A DNA stretch of 64,000 nucleotides from Clostridia bacterium. Lineage in GTDB: Bacteria > Bacillota > Clostridia > UMGS1840. Made by a program: the position numbers and the translations under genes. Below, one piece after another: positions 9,640 through 19,444 of this stretch (positions within the stretch are counted from its first letter, which is position 1; every line of letters starts with the position of its first letter). A model generated the notes under the pieces. It made no database searches, had not been told where the DNA came from, and was given only the letters and a program-made list of their open reading frames with translations. The DNA is taken from positions 2,379 to 66,378 of the forward strand of contig JAZRFJ010000036.1 in the NCBI GenBank assembly GCA_045661305.1, in the 5' to 3' direction.

Positions 9640-11847
9640 TTAAACTTCATGTGTTACACGGTCTTTGAGTTCAGCTTTTTTAGCATTATTCCAGTTATTA
9701 ACACTTCCTACTAAGTAGCCTGTTATTCTCTGTATAACATCAATGTTTTTGCTCTTACATACAGGGCATTCCTCTAAATTATGTTCAGCATTTTCAAATC
9801 CGCAATCCAGACATCTGTTTCTTGTGTGGTTTACTGAACCGTATCCCATATTAAGCTTGTCCATAAGCTCAACTGTTTGCATAATACATGCGGGATTATG
9901 TGTTGCGTCCCCATCAAGCTCAACATAGAAAATATGACCGCCAAGCTCATATTTATGGTATGGTGCTTCAACTTCAGCCTTATGTTCAACACTACATTTA
10001 TACCATACAGGAACATGTGAGCTGTTTGTATAATACTCTTTGTCTGTTATATCTTTAATAATTCCGAACTGTTCGCGGTCATTTCTTGTAAATTTACCTG
10101 AAAGTCCCTCAGCAGGAGTTGCAAGCAAGCTGAAATTAAGATTCTTTTCTTCTGCAATATCTCTTATCTGTTTGTACATATATTCAACAATCTTAAGTCC
10201 AAGCTCTTGTGATTTTTCATCTTCGCCATGATGCTTGCCTGTAAGTGCAATAAGAGTTTCAGCAAGTCCTATAAATCCTATGCCGAGTGTTCCTGTCTTT
10301 AAAATATCTTTAACAGTATCGTTAGGACCATATTTTTCACTGTTTTCCCACATACCATTCATAAGCATCGGGAACTGTTTTTTTAGTGCAGTTCTCTGGA
10401 AATTATAACGGTCACAAAGCTGTTGTGCAGTCACTTCTATACATCTTTGTAATTTAGAGAAAAATTCCTTTATGCGTTCTTCTTGGTTTTCAATTTCTCT
10501 GCATTCTAAAGCAAGTTTAACTATATTTATAGTAGAGAATGAAAGGTTTCCTCTGCCGATTGAAGTTTTCTCTCCATGTCTGTCTTCAAAAACTCGTGTT
10601 CTGCATCCCATTGTTGCAACTTCATATTTATATCTCTCGGGGTCGTTTGCATCCCATTTTTCATGCTGATTAAAAGTAGCATCAAGATTTAAGAAGTTAG
10701 GGAAAAATCTTTTTGCAGTTACTTTACAAGCAAGCTTATAAAGGTCATAGTTTCTGTCGCCCTCACAGAAATTAACGCCTCTCTTTTTCTTCCAGATCTG
10801 AATTGGGAAAATAGGTGTTTCACCGTTTCCTACACCCTTATATGTTGAGTTAAGAATTTCTCTCATTACGCAACGACCTTCAGCAGATGTATCTGTTCCG
10901 TAGTTAATTGATGAAAATACAACCTGATTTCCGCCTCTTGAATGGATTGTGTTCATATTATGAATAAACGATTCCATAGACTGATGAACACGGTTAACTG
11001 TCAAATTCATTGCATGTTGGAAGTAGCGTTCCTTTCCTGTTAAACCGCTAAGGTCTTTTATTAAATAATCATCAATTTCTTTTTCTTTATATTCTGATAA
11101 ATCAATACCTTCGAGTGCTTCAATTTTTTCAAGTTCTTCTATAAAAGTGAGCTTAACATAAGGAGCAAGATAAAAATCAAATGCAGGGATAGCCTGTCCG
11201 CCATGCATTTCATTCTGGATTGATTCCATTGAAATACAAGCTAAAATAGCGGCTGTTTCAATTCTTTTTGCAGGACGGGATGAGCCGTGACCTGCTCTGA
11301 ATCCATCGCCTAAAACTCTGTCTAAAGGATGCTGAAGGCATGTAAGAGATTTTGTAGGATAATAATCTGCATCGTGAATATGTATGTAATTACTCTTAAC
11401 ATAGTCTCTTGTTATATCAGAAACGAGCATATCATTAACAAATGAACGCGAGGTTACACTTGCAAACTTCATCATCATACCCGCAGGTGTTTCAGCATTC
11501 ATGTTTGCATTTTCTTTTGTTACATCATTTGCAATAGTATTTACAATACTCATATATGTATCGTATGTTTTTCTTCCTCTTGCAATGTTTCTTTTATCTC
11601 TGTACAAAATATATGATTTTGCAACATTCTTATACTGAGATTTCATAAGCTCAATTTCAACAAGGTTCTGAATTTCTTCAACATCTGCAATATCCTTGTT
11701 AAGATTGTATATTGTTTCCGCAATACTCTCAGCACATTTTACATCATTGATAAAATCATGATTCATTGCCTTTAATATAGCAAGTGTAATCTTCTCCTTA
11801 TCAAAATTTTCTATTCTTCCATCTCTTTTTCTTATGTTAAGTATCAT
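9640..11847 (-). CDS. nrdD: Anaerobic ribonucleoside-triphosphate reductase
   Basis: N-terminal ATP-cone (MILNIRKRDGR), C-terminal zinc ribbon CLDCGF...CPVC and glycyl-radical tail RITGYL. Start placed at the internal ATG with a GGGAGAG RBS; the longest ORF starts at 11880. Confidence 0.9.
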   Translation of the reverse strand: MILNIRKRDGRIENFDKEKITLAILKAMNHDFINDVKCAESIAETIYNLNKDIADVEEIQNLVEIELMKSQYKNVAKSYILYRDKRNIARGRKTYDTYMSIVNTIANDVTKENANMNAETPAGMMMKFASVTSRSFVNDMLVSDITRDYVKSNYIHIHDADYYPTKSLTCLQHPLDRVLGDGFRAGHGSSRPAKRIETAAILACISMESIQNEMHGGQAIPAFDFYLAPYVKLTFIEELEKIEALEGIDLSEYKEKEIDDYLIKDLSGLTGKERYFQHAMNLTVNRVHQSMESFIHNMNTIHSRGGNQVVFSSINYGTDTSAEGRCVMREILNSTYKGVGNGETPIFPIQIWKKKRGVNFCEGDRNYDLYKLACKVTAKRFFPNFLNLDATFNQHEKWDANDPERYKYEVATMGCRTRVFEDRHGEKTSIGRGNLSFSTINIVKLALECREIENQEERIKEFFSKLQRCIEVTAQQLCDRYNFQRTALKKQFPMLMNGMWENSEKYGPNDTVKDILKTGTLGIGFIGLAETLIALTGKHHGEDEKSQELGLKIVEYMYKQIRDIAEEKNLNFSLLATPAEGLSGKFTRNDREQFGIIKDITDKEYYTNSSHVPVWYKCSVEHKAEVEAPYHKYELGGHIFYVELDGDATHNPACIMQTVELMDKLNMGYGSVNHTRNRCLDCGFENAEHNLEECPVCKSKNIDVIQRITGYLVGSVNNWNNAKKAELKDRVTHEV

Positions 11848-11876
11848 TTTCTTACTCTCCCTCGCATTAAGCTCAA

Positions 11877-11966
11877 ACACTATATCTTGTGTTGGCGTTT
11901 TCTATTATACACTATATTTTGTGAAAAATCAAGTGTTTTTTTACTTTTTTTCACAACATCTTGTGT
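11877..11966 (-). promoter_or_regulatory. Three NrdR-box palindromes (11877-11892, 11909-11924, 11951-11966)
   Basis: ACACTATATCTTGTGT matches 15/16, ACACTATATTTTGTGA 14/16 and TCACAACATCTTGTGT 12/16 positions of the NrdR consensus acaCwAtATaTwGtgt. Box centres are 32 and 42 bp apart, and the middle box fills the promoter spacer. Confidence 0.75.
11904..11932 (-). promoter_or_regulatory. Sigma-70-type promoter of nrdDG (TTGATT-17-TATAAT)
   Basis: On the minus strand, -35 TTGATT (11932-11927), an exact 17-nt spacer and -10 TATAAT (11909-11904). Confidence 0.65.
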
Positions 11967-12030
11967 TTATATTTTTTTATTTTCAAAAAACACATGTATA
12001 TCAAGGGATTTTAGAAATATTACATTTTTG

Positions 12031-12285
12031 TTACAATTTTTCATCGTATTCTACAAGAATAATGTCATCACCGATTTTTTTTATTTTGTCATAAGATATA
12101 ATATATTCTTCATTCTTTGAAAAAAAGCTGAACAGACCAAAAAATCTTGTTTTCCCAGGAACAATTATTGAGCCTATTCTCCCTTTTTCCAAATCAATCT
12201 CTATATCATATAAAAATCCAAGTCGCCTACCGTCTGAAATATTTATAACTTCTTTTTTTTGTAAATCAATAAGTCTGTCAAGCAA
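12031..12285 (-). CDS. YlmC/YmxH-family sporulation protein (PRC-barrel)
   Basis: 84 aa with VINISDGRRLGFLYDIEIDL...G.I..IIVPG, typical of this family. TTG start with a GGAGG RBS. Confidence 0.7.
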   Translation of the reverse strand: MLDRLIDLQKKEVINISDGRRLGFLYDIEIDLEKGRIGSIIVPGKTRFFGLFSFFSKNEEYIISYDKIKKIGDDIILVEYDEKL

Positions 12286-12331
12286 AAAATCAACCTCCGC
12301 ACATATAGCTTTATACTAATATATGCGGAGG
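12286..12331 (-). terminator. Terminator after the hydrogenase gene
   Basis: Hairpin CCTCCGCA(C)ATAT/ATATGCGGAGG followed by a T-run on the minus strand. Confidence 0.6.
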
Positions 12332-12338
12332 TATTAAA

Positions 12339-13793
12339 TTAAATGTTTTTTATGTTTTGGAAATCTTTTATTGATTGGGTTATAGTTTTTTTCTCTGCTT
12401 CCACTGCATATTTATCTACACTTTTTTTATTTATATCTGCATGAGTAAGACAACCGGCACCGCCTATGCAACCACCTTCACAAGCCATTCCTTCAATAAA
12501 GTTAACATCCAATATTCCCTTTTTGGCTTTTAAAAGTGCAAGCTTACACTCCTCTATTCCATTACAGGTAACAGGCTTAAACTCAAACTCATCACAGCCA
12601 TTTTCCTTAAGTCCCTCTCTTATAGCCTCTGTAAGCCCACCACTTCTTGCAAAAATTCTTCCAAAATATGAAGCATTATCAAGACTTATTTCAGAAAGCT
12701 CAGAAATTTCAATATCACGGCTGTCAAAAAGTGCCTGAAGCTCCACAAATGTTATTGCGTAATCAATATAAGGTTTTACTTCCTCACGCTGAAATTCAGC
12801 TTTTTTTGCTGTACAAGGTCCGATAAACACAACTTTTGCATTTTCATCGAGTTCTTTTATTTTCTTTCCTATCATAGCCATAGGTGAAGGATTTTTGGAT
12901 ATATGCTCTTTTAATTGCGGTTGATTTTTTTCAATATATGAAACAAAAGCAGGACAACATGAGCTTGTAACAAAACTTTTCGTTTCACTTACCTCTTTTG
13001 CCTCATCAATCGAAACCATATCAGCACCTAAAGCAACCTCAACAATGTCATAAAATCCAAGTTCCTTTATTCCTGCTAAAATCTGTCCCGATTTTGCATA
13101 TGAGAACTGACCTGCAATAGATGGAGCAACGGCTGCATAAACCTTATACTTTGTATTATTTTCACTTTCCTTTATTATATCAATAACATCTAAAATATAA
13201 GACCTGTCAACAACAGCACCGAAAGGACACTGATATACGCATGCACCGCATGAAGTACATTTATCATAATCTATTTCTGCCTCTCCTGTTTTGGACATAC
13301 TTATCGCACCGATTTTACAAGCATTTTCACACGGTCTTTTTTTATTCACAATAGCACTGTAAGGACATACTTTTGCACAAGCACCGCAGTTTTTACATTT
13401 TTGTTTATCTATAACTGCCCTTTGGTTTTCGTCATAAGAAATTGCACCAAATTTACAAACATCCTCACACCTGTGTGCCATGCATCCTCTGCATGTGTCT
13501 GTAACGCTGTAACCACTGTGCGGACATTCATCACAGGCTATTGAAATAACCTGAATAACATTCTTATTCTTTTCATCATTCGCACCGATTGCAATTTTTA
13601 TTCTTTCCTGAATAATAGCTCTGTCCTTATATATACAACAACGCATCGGTGATTCATTTTTAGCTATAATATCTGATGGGATAGAATTAATTTTATGAAG
13701 AAGCTTATCATTCCATAAAGCTCTTGCGAGTTCTCTTAAAACTCTGTACTCAATATACTGAACTTTAGTATCAAACTTTCTTATCTTTGGCAT
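12339..13793 (-). CDS. Monomeric [FeFe] hydrogenase-like protein (H-cluster domain plus N-terminal ferredoxin-like 4Fe-4S domains)
   Basis: H-cluster motifs are present: TSSCCPAFV (L1), GPCTAKKAE (L2) and MACEGGCIGGAG (L3), plus several CxxCxxCxxxCP clusters. Start placed at MPKIRKF with an AGGAGAG RBS. Confidence 0.8.
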   Translation of the reverse strand: MPKIRKFDTKVQYIEYRVLRELARALWNDKLLHKINSIPSDIIAKNESPMRCCIYKDRAIIQERIKIAIGANDEKNKNVIQVISIACDECPHSGYSVTDTCRGCMAHRCEDVCKFGAISYDENQRAVIDKQKCKNCGACAKVCPYSAIVNKKRPCENACKIGAISMSKTGEAEIDYDKCTSCGACVYQCPFGAVVDRSYILDVIDIIKESENNTKYKVYAAVAPSIAGQFSYAKSGQILAGIKELGFYDIVEVALGADMVSIDEAKEVSETKSFVTSSCCPAFVSYIEKNQPQLKEHISKNPSPMAMIGKKIKELDENAKVVFIGPCTAKKAEFQREEVKPYIDYAITFVELQALFDSRDIEISELSEISLDNASYFGRIFARSGGLTEAIREGLKENGCDEFEFKPVTCNGIEECKLALLKAKKGILDVNFIEGMACEGGCIGGAGCLTHADINKKSVDKYAVEAEKKTITQSIKDFQNIKNI

Positions 13794-13892
13794 TTTTACT
13801 CTCCTTTTTGCTTTTTTAAAAAAACTACACAATATTCGACTCACAAATTTTTTAATAAAACCTGTGAGCCGTGTATCGTATAATTTTATGAC

Positions 13893-15158
13893 TTATTTAA
13901 AGAATATAATAAGGAACTGTGAAGCAAGAACTACTGCGATAAGTGCAATAGGATATGTAGCCGCATAAGCTGCAGCAACTTCCTCTGTTTTTGCTACATT
14001 TATAAGAGTTCCGAGTGCAGGTGTACTTGTCATACCGCCTGTAAGTGAACCGAGATTGTTAAGCAAGCAAAGCTTAAGAACATATTTTGCAAACAAGAAT
14101 CCTATAATCATTGGGAATATTGTCATAATTACGCCGTAAACAAAATACATAGGGTCAAAGAATTTTACAAAATCTGCACCGCCAGGGATACCAGCTCCAA
14201 CTAGGAAAAGCACTAATCCGAGTTCTCTGAACAGTTTTAAAAGTGATTGTTCAGGCATAATATTCATTTTTCCTACATTTCTGAAGTGTCCCATAACAAG
14301 TGAAACAAGTAAGCATCCGCCTGTTTCTGTAAGTGAGAAGCATGTTCCTGTAAGTCCTGCAGAAGAAAGAGGAATTTTAATTTTTCCTACGATAATTCCC
14401 AAAACAACAGCTATTGCAAACGCTGCAATTCCGTGGTCATCAAGATTGAATACCTTTTTCTCTGTTTTATTTTCAACAGCTTCATCTTTTGAAGAAGTGA
14501 GTTTTTCTCTTTCTTCAGCCATATTAGCTTTTGAAAGCTTAGGAACAAGCTGTACAAAAAGAACAACACCAATAACACCGAAAATATATGCAATACCATG
14601 TCCAACTGAAACAAGGCTTTCATACTGTGGGTTAACAGTTGCTTTTGCTGCTGAAAATGCAGGGGTTGATGTAAGTGAGCCTGATAAAAGTCCAACAATC
14701 ATAGCTGTGAAGCCTTCTGAATTTCCTGCTGTACCATAGCCGATTACTTTTCCCATCATTATACATGCGATTGCAGAAACTGCACCTGCAAGTATAATAA
14801 TGAAACCTAAAAGTACATAAGATTTAAAATTCTTTTTCATATTTCCGAAAAACTTAGGACCTGCAATAAATCCAACAGATGTTACAAAAAGAAGAAGTCC
14901 GAGTTTTTCTACAATGCTAAGAGCATTGTCTAAATATGAAAGTGTTACATTATCGCCTTTTAATAAAAGCTGTGCCTCTAAAGGATTAAAAAGTGTAGCA
15001 CCGAATATAAGTGCAATAATAAATACGCCCGCATCTCCTAAAGATACACCTTTTATTGTAATTCTGCCTAAAGCATAACCAAAAAATAAAATACCAAAAA
15101 TACAAAGCATCAAAAATGAAATTCCCGTAACAGGAATAACTCCGCCAAATAGTGTCAT
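13893..15158 (-). CDS. AAE-family (AspT/YidE/YbjL/SucE-type) permease, duplicated membrane domain without TrkA-C domains
   Basis: 421 aa with two homologous hydrophobic halves (LGRITIKGVSLGDAGVF... and VGKIKIPLSS...TETGGCLL) joined by a short charged linker. Confidence 0.65.
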   Translation of the reverse strand: MTLFGGVIPVTGISFLMLCIFGILFFGYALGRITIKGVSLGDAGVFIIALIFGATLFNPLEAQLLLKGDNVTLSYLDNALSIVEKLGLLLFVTSVGFIAGPKFFGNMKKNFKSYVLLGFIIILAGAVSAIACIMMGKVIGYGTAGNSEGFTAMIVGLLSGSLTSTPAFSAAKATVNPQYESLVSVGHGIAYIFGVIGVVLFVQLVPKLSKANMAEEREKLTSSKDEAVENKTEKKVFNLDDHGIAAFAIAVVLGIIVGKIKIPLSSAGLTGTCFSLTETGGCLLVSLVMGHFRNVGKMNIMPEQSLLKLFRELGLVLFLVGAGIPGGADFVKFFDPMYFVYGVIMTIFPMIIGFLFAKYVLKLCLLNNLGSLTGGMTSTPALGTLINVAKTEEVAAAYAATYPIALIAVVLASQFLIIFFK

Positions 15159-15204
15159 AATAATCGCCTTTCCAAAAATTGTTTTTATATTATTTTTTAC
15201 ATTG

Positions 15205-15241
15205 TTTCAGGCAGATATTAATAAATAAAATCTGCCTGAAA
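15205..15241 (-). terminator. 12-bp perfect stem-loop after the frdA-like gene (terminator-like; weak T-tract on the minus strand)
   Basis: TTTCAGGCAGAT/ATCTGCCTGAAA with a 13-nt loop, 6 nt after the stop codon. Confidence 0.4.
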
Positions 15242-15246
15242 TTAAA

Positions 15247-16851
15247 TTATTTATCTTTTCTTCTGTAATCCGGTAAAAGCTTAGGTGAAACAACATCTGT
15301 TTTTATGCCTGCTTCTTTAGCTTCCTGAGCATATTTCTTAACATGGTCTAAAGTTAATTTGCCAACCTTAACAGATTTGAACTTATCTCCGGCACTCTTT
15401 CCTGCGTTTCTTCCGAATACGATAATATCCAAAAGTGAGTTACCCATAAGTCTGTTTCTTCCGTGAATACCTCCAACAGCTTCGCCTGCAACATAGAGGT
15501 TTTCAATATCACTCATACCGTCATCAGTAATTTTGATACCACCGTTCTGGTAATGAAGTGTAGGATAAATGAGGATAGGCTCTTTACGGATATCAATTCC
15601 GTATTTACCAAACATTCTCATCATAGCAGGAATTCTCTTTTCGATTGTTCCCTCTCCGCCTTTTAATTCAATCATAGGAGTATCAAGCCAGATTCCGTAA
15701 CCGTTAGGTGTAGGAACACCGTTACCTCTGTCTGAACATTCTCTGATAACTGAAGAAGCACAAACATCTCTTGTCTCTAACGGATGCATAAATACTTCTC
15801 CGTTTACATTTACAAGCTTAGCACCGAGTGAACGAACTTTTTCAGTAACGAGTGCACCGAAAATCTGTTCAGGGAATGCTGCACCTGTTGGGTGATACTG
15901 TAATGTATCCTGATATAAGAGTCTTGCACCTGCTCTGTAAGCAAGAACAAGTCCGTCTGCAGTTGCACCATAGTGGTTAGATGTTGGGAAGCCCTGATAG
16001 TGCATTCTTCCTGCACCGCCTGTTGCAATAATAACTGTTTTTGCTTTTGCAACAAGGTATTCACCTGTTTCCATGTTAAGAAGAACTGCACCTGCAGCTG
16101 CACCCTTATCGTCTAAAATAAGTTCAACTGCTGCTGTGAAATCTACAACAGGAATTTCACGGTTCAAAACTTCGTCACGAAGTGTTCTCATGATTTCAGC
16201 ACCGCTATAATCCTTTGCAGCGTGCATTCTTTTTCTTGATGTACCACCACCGTGTGTTGTGACCATTGTACCATCAGGCATTTTATCAAATTCAACACCA
16301 AGCTCATTAAGCCATTTTATAGCTTCAGGGGCATCGTTTACGAGTTTATAAAGAAGGTCTTTCTGTGCTGCAAAATGACCGCCACCGAATGCGTCAATAA
16401 AGTGAATATAAGGTGAATCGTTTGGCTTATCAGCAGCCTGAATACCGCCTTCTGCCATCATTGTATTGGCATCACCTATTCTTAATTTTGTAACAATCAT
16501 TACATTTGCACCCTTGTTATGTGCTTCGATAGCGGCAGATGAACCTGCACCGCCTCCGCCTATAACAAGAACATCTACATCATAGTCAGGATTTTTAAGG
16601 TCAATTTTTTCTTTTGCAATTCTTGAATTACCCTGTAAGAGTGCAACAAGCTCTTTAGGTGCTTTCTGTCCTTTATTTGGCCCGATTTTGATTTCATCAA
16701 ATTCTTCTTCTCTGTAGTCAGGGTGATATGTTTTTAAAAGTTCAGATTTTTCATCTGCTGTCATTCTTTTTGGTTCTAAAGCCGCGTTTGCAGCTCTTGC
16801 AGCCTCAACCTTTTTGATTGATTCCTGCATTTCAACTGAATATGCTGACAT
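15247..16851 (-). CDS. Soluble fumarate reductase/succinate dehydrogenase-type flavoprotein (FrdA/SdhA/TfrA-like) with a ~90-aa N-terminal extension
   Basis: FAD fold VLVIGGGGAGSSAAIEA, active-site-type LQYHPTG and HGRNRLMGNSLLD. No membrane-anchor gene is nearby. Confidence 0.75.
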   Translation of the reverse strand: MSAYSVEMQESIKKVEAARAANAALEPKRMTADEKSELLKTYHPDYREEEFDEIKIGPNKGQKAPKELVALLQGNSRIAKEKIDLKNPDYDVDVLVIGGGGAGSSAAIEAHNKGANVMIVTKLRIGDANTMMAEGGIQAADKPNDSPYIHFIDAFGGGHFAAQKDLLYKLVNDAPEAIKWLNELGVEFDKMPDGTMVTTHGGGTSRKRMHAAKDYSGAEIMRTLRDEVLNREIPVVDFTAAVELILDDKGAAAGAVLLNMETGEYLVAKAKTVIIATGGAGRMHYQGFPTSNHYGATADGLVLAYRAGARLLYQDTLQYHPTGAAFPEQIFGALVTEKVRSLGAKLVNVNGEVFMHPLETRDVCASSVIRECSDRGNGVPTPNGYGIWLDTPMIELKGGEGTIEKRIPAMMRMFGKYGIDIRKEPILIYPTLHYQNGGIKITDDGMSDIENLYVAGEAVGGIHGRNRLMGNSLLDIIVFGRNAGKSAGDKFKSVKVGKLTLDHVKKYAQEAKEAGIKTDVVSPKLLPDYRRKDK

Positions 16852-16863
16852 TTTTATTCCCTC

Positions 16864-17538
16864 CTATGCTTCAATTTCTCTGTTATTATAGAGTTCTTTC
16901 ATTTCTTCGATAGGCTTCTGCATGAGTTCCTCTAAAAGTTCTTTGAAAGTACCGTCATTAATTTCCTTTACTCTGTCCTCAAGATGCTGTGTCTTTGGAG
17001 CAAGGTATTTTCCGTTTAATCTTCTTGCCAACAAAGAAACCTGTGGATGAGAAATACCAGCCGGACATCTTGATGAACAACAGCCGCACATTACGCAGTC
17101 AAATGATTCTTCAGCACATTTTTCATATTCGCCTCTCTGTGCATAAGCAATATACTGCATAACATTAAGTCCCTGAGTACAGCTGTTTGTACAAGCATTA
17201 CAGCCGATACAAGCATATATTTCAGGATAAAGCTGCATCATAATCTGCTCTGTCGGAGCGATTTTTTCAATATCATAAATTTCTTTAACAAGCGGGAAGA
17301 AAGGTAAGGTTGCAACATACATATCGTTCTCAACCTTTGTTGAGCATGCAAGACAAACCTTGAGCTCTTTATCGCCTTTAATTCTGTAAATTGTTGCACA
17401 GGCACCGCAGAAACCGTTACGGCAACCGCAACCTCTGACTAACTGATAGCCTGCATATTCCATAGCGCCCATAATTGTAAGGCTTTCAGGAACTTCGTAT
17501 TTTTTTCCGAATAAATATACATTAACCATGTTTTCCAT
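16864..17538 (-). CDS. FrdB/SdhB-like iron-sulfur subunit (2Fe-2S plus 4Fe-4S/3Fe-4S)
   Basis: N-terminal CGCRNGFCGACA...CLAC and C-terminal CIGCNACTNSC ... CVMCGCCSSRCP. Lies 12 nt upstream of the flavoprotein gene. Confidence 0.75.
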   Translation of the reverse strand: MENMVNVYLFGKKYEVPESLTIMGAMEYAGYQLVRGCGCRNGFCGACATIYRIKGDKELKVCLACSTKVENDMYVATLPFFPLVKEIYDIEKIAPTEQIMMQLYPEIYACIGCNACTNSCTQGLNVMQYIAYAQRGEYEKCAEESFDCVMCGCCSSRCPAGISHPQVSLLARRLNGKYLAPKTQHLEDRVKEINDGTFKELLEELMQKPIEEMKELYNNREIEA

Positions 17539-17585
17539 GTTACGCTACTCCTTTTTTAAATTTTCAATTTAAGATAAACTGCTTT

Positions 17586-18422
17586 TTAATATTCGTTTGG
17601 TAATTCATCAAGCTGATCACAACGGAAAACAGGACCGTCTTTACAAACATATTTTGAACCTATGTTACATCTTCCGCATTTTCCAACGCCGCATTTCATT
17701 CTTAATTCCATAGTTGTGAATACCTGAGTTTTATTAAATCCAAGCTCCTGCAAGCCTGCAAGAGTAAACTTAATCATGATAGGTGGTCCGCAGATAATAA
17801 CTGTTTTATCTGTTGAGAAGTTAAGCTCCTTAACATAGTTAGGAACAAAACCTACATGACCGTCCCAGCCTTCCTGTTCACGGTCTATTGTAAGGTGAAC
17901 ATTTATTCCGTCCTCCTTGCACCACTCATTTATAATTTCATTGTAGTCTACAAGGTCATCCTTACTTCTTGAGCCGTAAACTATATCAACCTTTCCGTAA
18001 TTTCCTCTGTTTGCTCTTACATAGTTGATTACACTTCTTAAAGGAGCAAGTCCGATACCGCCGGCAACAAAGAGTAAATCTTTGCCCTTAAAGTCAGCTT
18101 CAACAGGAAAACCGTTTCCATATGGTCCTCTTATTGTAACCTGCTGTCCTACCTCCATCTGATGAAGCCATTCAGTAAGACAACCGCATTTTTTAATTGA
18201 AAATTCCATAAAAGCGGTATTTGTAGGTGAAGATGTTATAGAAAACATCGCCTCTCCTACTCCAGGAATTGAGAGCATAGCACACTGTCCCGGAATATGT
18301 TTGAAAACAACGCCACCGTCCAAAGCTTCAACTCTGAATGTTTTTACATCAGGAGTATCAATTCTTATGTCTGTTACAACACCAAGATGCGGTATAAGCG
18401 CTTCATTTGTAAGTTGTGCCAT
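17586..18422 (-). CDS. FAD/NAD(P)H-binding oxidoreductase with C-terminal 2Fe-2S (FlxA / AsrB / HydG-gamma-like)
   Basis: Ferredoxin-reductase-type fold (FVAGGIGLAPL) and a C-terminal CGVGKCGRC...C motif. Confidence 0.7.
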   Translation of the reverse strand: MAQLTNEALIPHLGVVTDIRIDTPDVKTFRVEALDGGVVFKHIPGQCAMLSIPGVGEAMFSITSSPTNTAFMEFSIKKCGCLTEWLHQMEVGQQVTIRGPYGNGFPVEADFKGKDLLFVAGGIGLAPLRSVINYVRANRGNYGKVDIVYGSRSKDDLVDYNEIINEWCKEDGINVHLTIDREQEGWDGHVGFVPNYVKELNFSTDKTVIICGPPIMIKFTLAGLQELGFNKTQVFTTMELRMKCGVGKCGRCNIGSKYVCKDGPVFRCDQLDELPNEY

Positions 18423-19444
18423 TATTTATTCACCCCCAAAGTTTTTGCTACTTTAACAATATTCATGGAAATCGGGCATTTGCTTAAGCATCTTCCACAA
18501 CCTACGCAACCGTATTCACCGTTGTTGTTTGCAGGGAAATACACAAGCTTGTGCATAAATCTTTGTCTGAATCTTTCTAACTGACTTGTTCTCGGATTTC
18601 CGTGTGCCATTTTTGTAAAATCACTGTACATACATGAATCCCAGCATCTGAATCTCTGTACACCGTTTCCTGTGTCAAAATCTTTTATGTCATAACACTG
18701 GCATGTAGGACAAACAAAAGTACAGGTTCCGCATCCTAAACAAGCTTTATAAAGCTCTTTCCATTTTTCTGAATTGAAAAGCTCATTAAGATGTTCACCG
18801 TCAAAGCCCTCAAGATTAAGGTCAGATAAAGGAAGCTTTCCGATAATTGCTTTAATATCTTCTTTCAAAGCTTCTACAACCTTTTCATCGCCTTTTTCAA
18901 AAACATCTTTAACCTTATCTGTAAGCTCTTCACCTTTTTTGGTGTTAGCCTTCCAGTAAAGATAACCATCTTTTACCCATGTTGAAATATCACCTAAGCC
19001 ATCAGATGCATCAATGCCGAAAGCACTGCAGAAGCAGGTTTCTTCAGGCTCATTACAAGCCATTGAAATAATAACACCTTTTTCTCTTTTAGCTTTATAG
19101 TATGAGTCAACAGGGTCAGATAAAAATACCTTGTCTAAAATATCAAAGCTTCTTACATCACAAGCTTTAACACCGAAAATAACAAATTCTTTTACATCAA
19201 CATCAGGACTTTCTATTGAGATGTTCTTACCCTCAACCTTAAAAGAAACAAGGTCTTCAGTCTGTGGGAAGAATAAATCCTTTGCAGATTTATTTGTGTT
19301 AAGGCAATCAATTCTTACTTCACTTCCGTCTTCCCATTTGTAAAATTCAACTTTTCCTCCCTTTTCGATAGGAGCATAAATATTATCAAAAGAATTTATT
19401 TTTTCAAATAATTTGTTTAAACTGTTTACAGAAAGTTTTAACAT
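18422..19444 (-). CDS. 4Fe-4S dicluster protein (FlxB / AsrA / HydB-beta-like)
   Basis: CLGCGTCTFVCPTCQC and CVGCGRCLSKCP motifs. Start and stop overlap the neighbouring genes. Confidence 0.6.
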   Translation of the reverse strand: MLKLSVNSLNKLFEKINSFDNIYAPIEKGGKVEFYKWEDGSEVRIDCLNTNKSAKDLFFPQTEDLVSFKVEGKNISIESPDVDVKEFVIFGVKACDVRSFDILDKVFLSDPVDSYYKAKREKGVIISMACNEPEETCFCSAFGIDASDGLGDISTWVKDGYLYWKANTKKGEELTDKVKDVFEKGDEKVVEALKEDIKAIIGKLPLSDLNLEGFDGEHLNELFNSEKWKELYKACLGCGTCTFVCPTCQCYDIKDFDTGNGVQRFRCWDSCMYSDFTKMAHGNPRTSQLERFRQRFMHKLVYFPANNNGEYGCVGCGRCLSKCPISMNIVKVAKTLGVNK

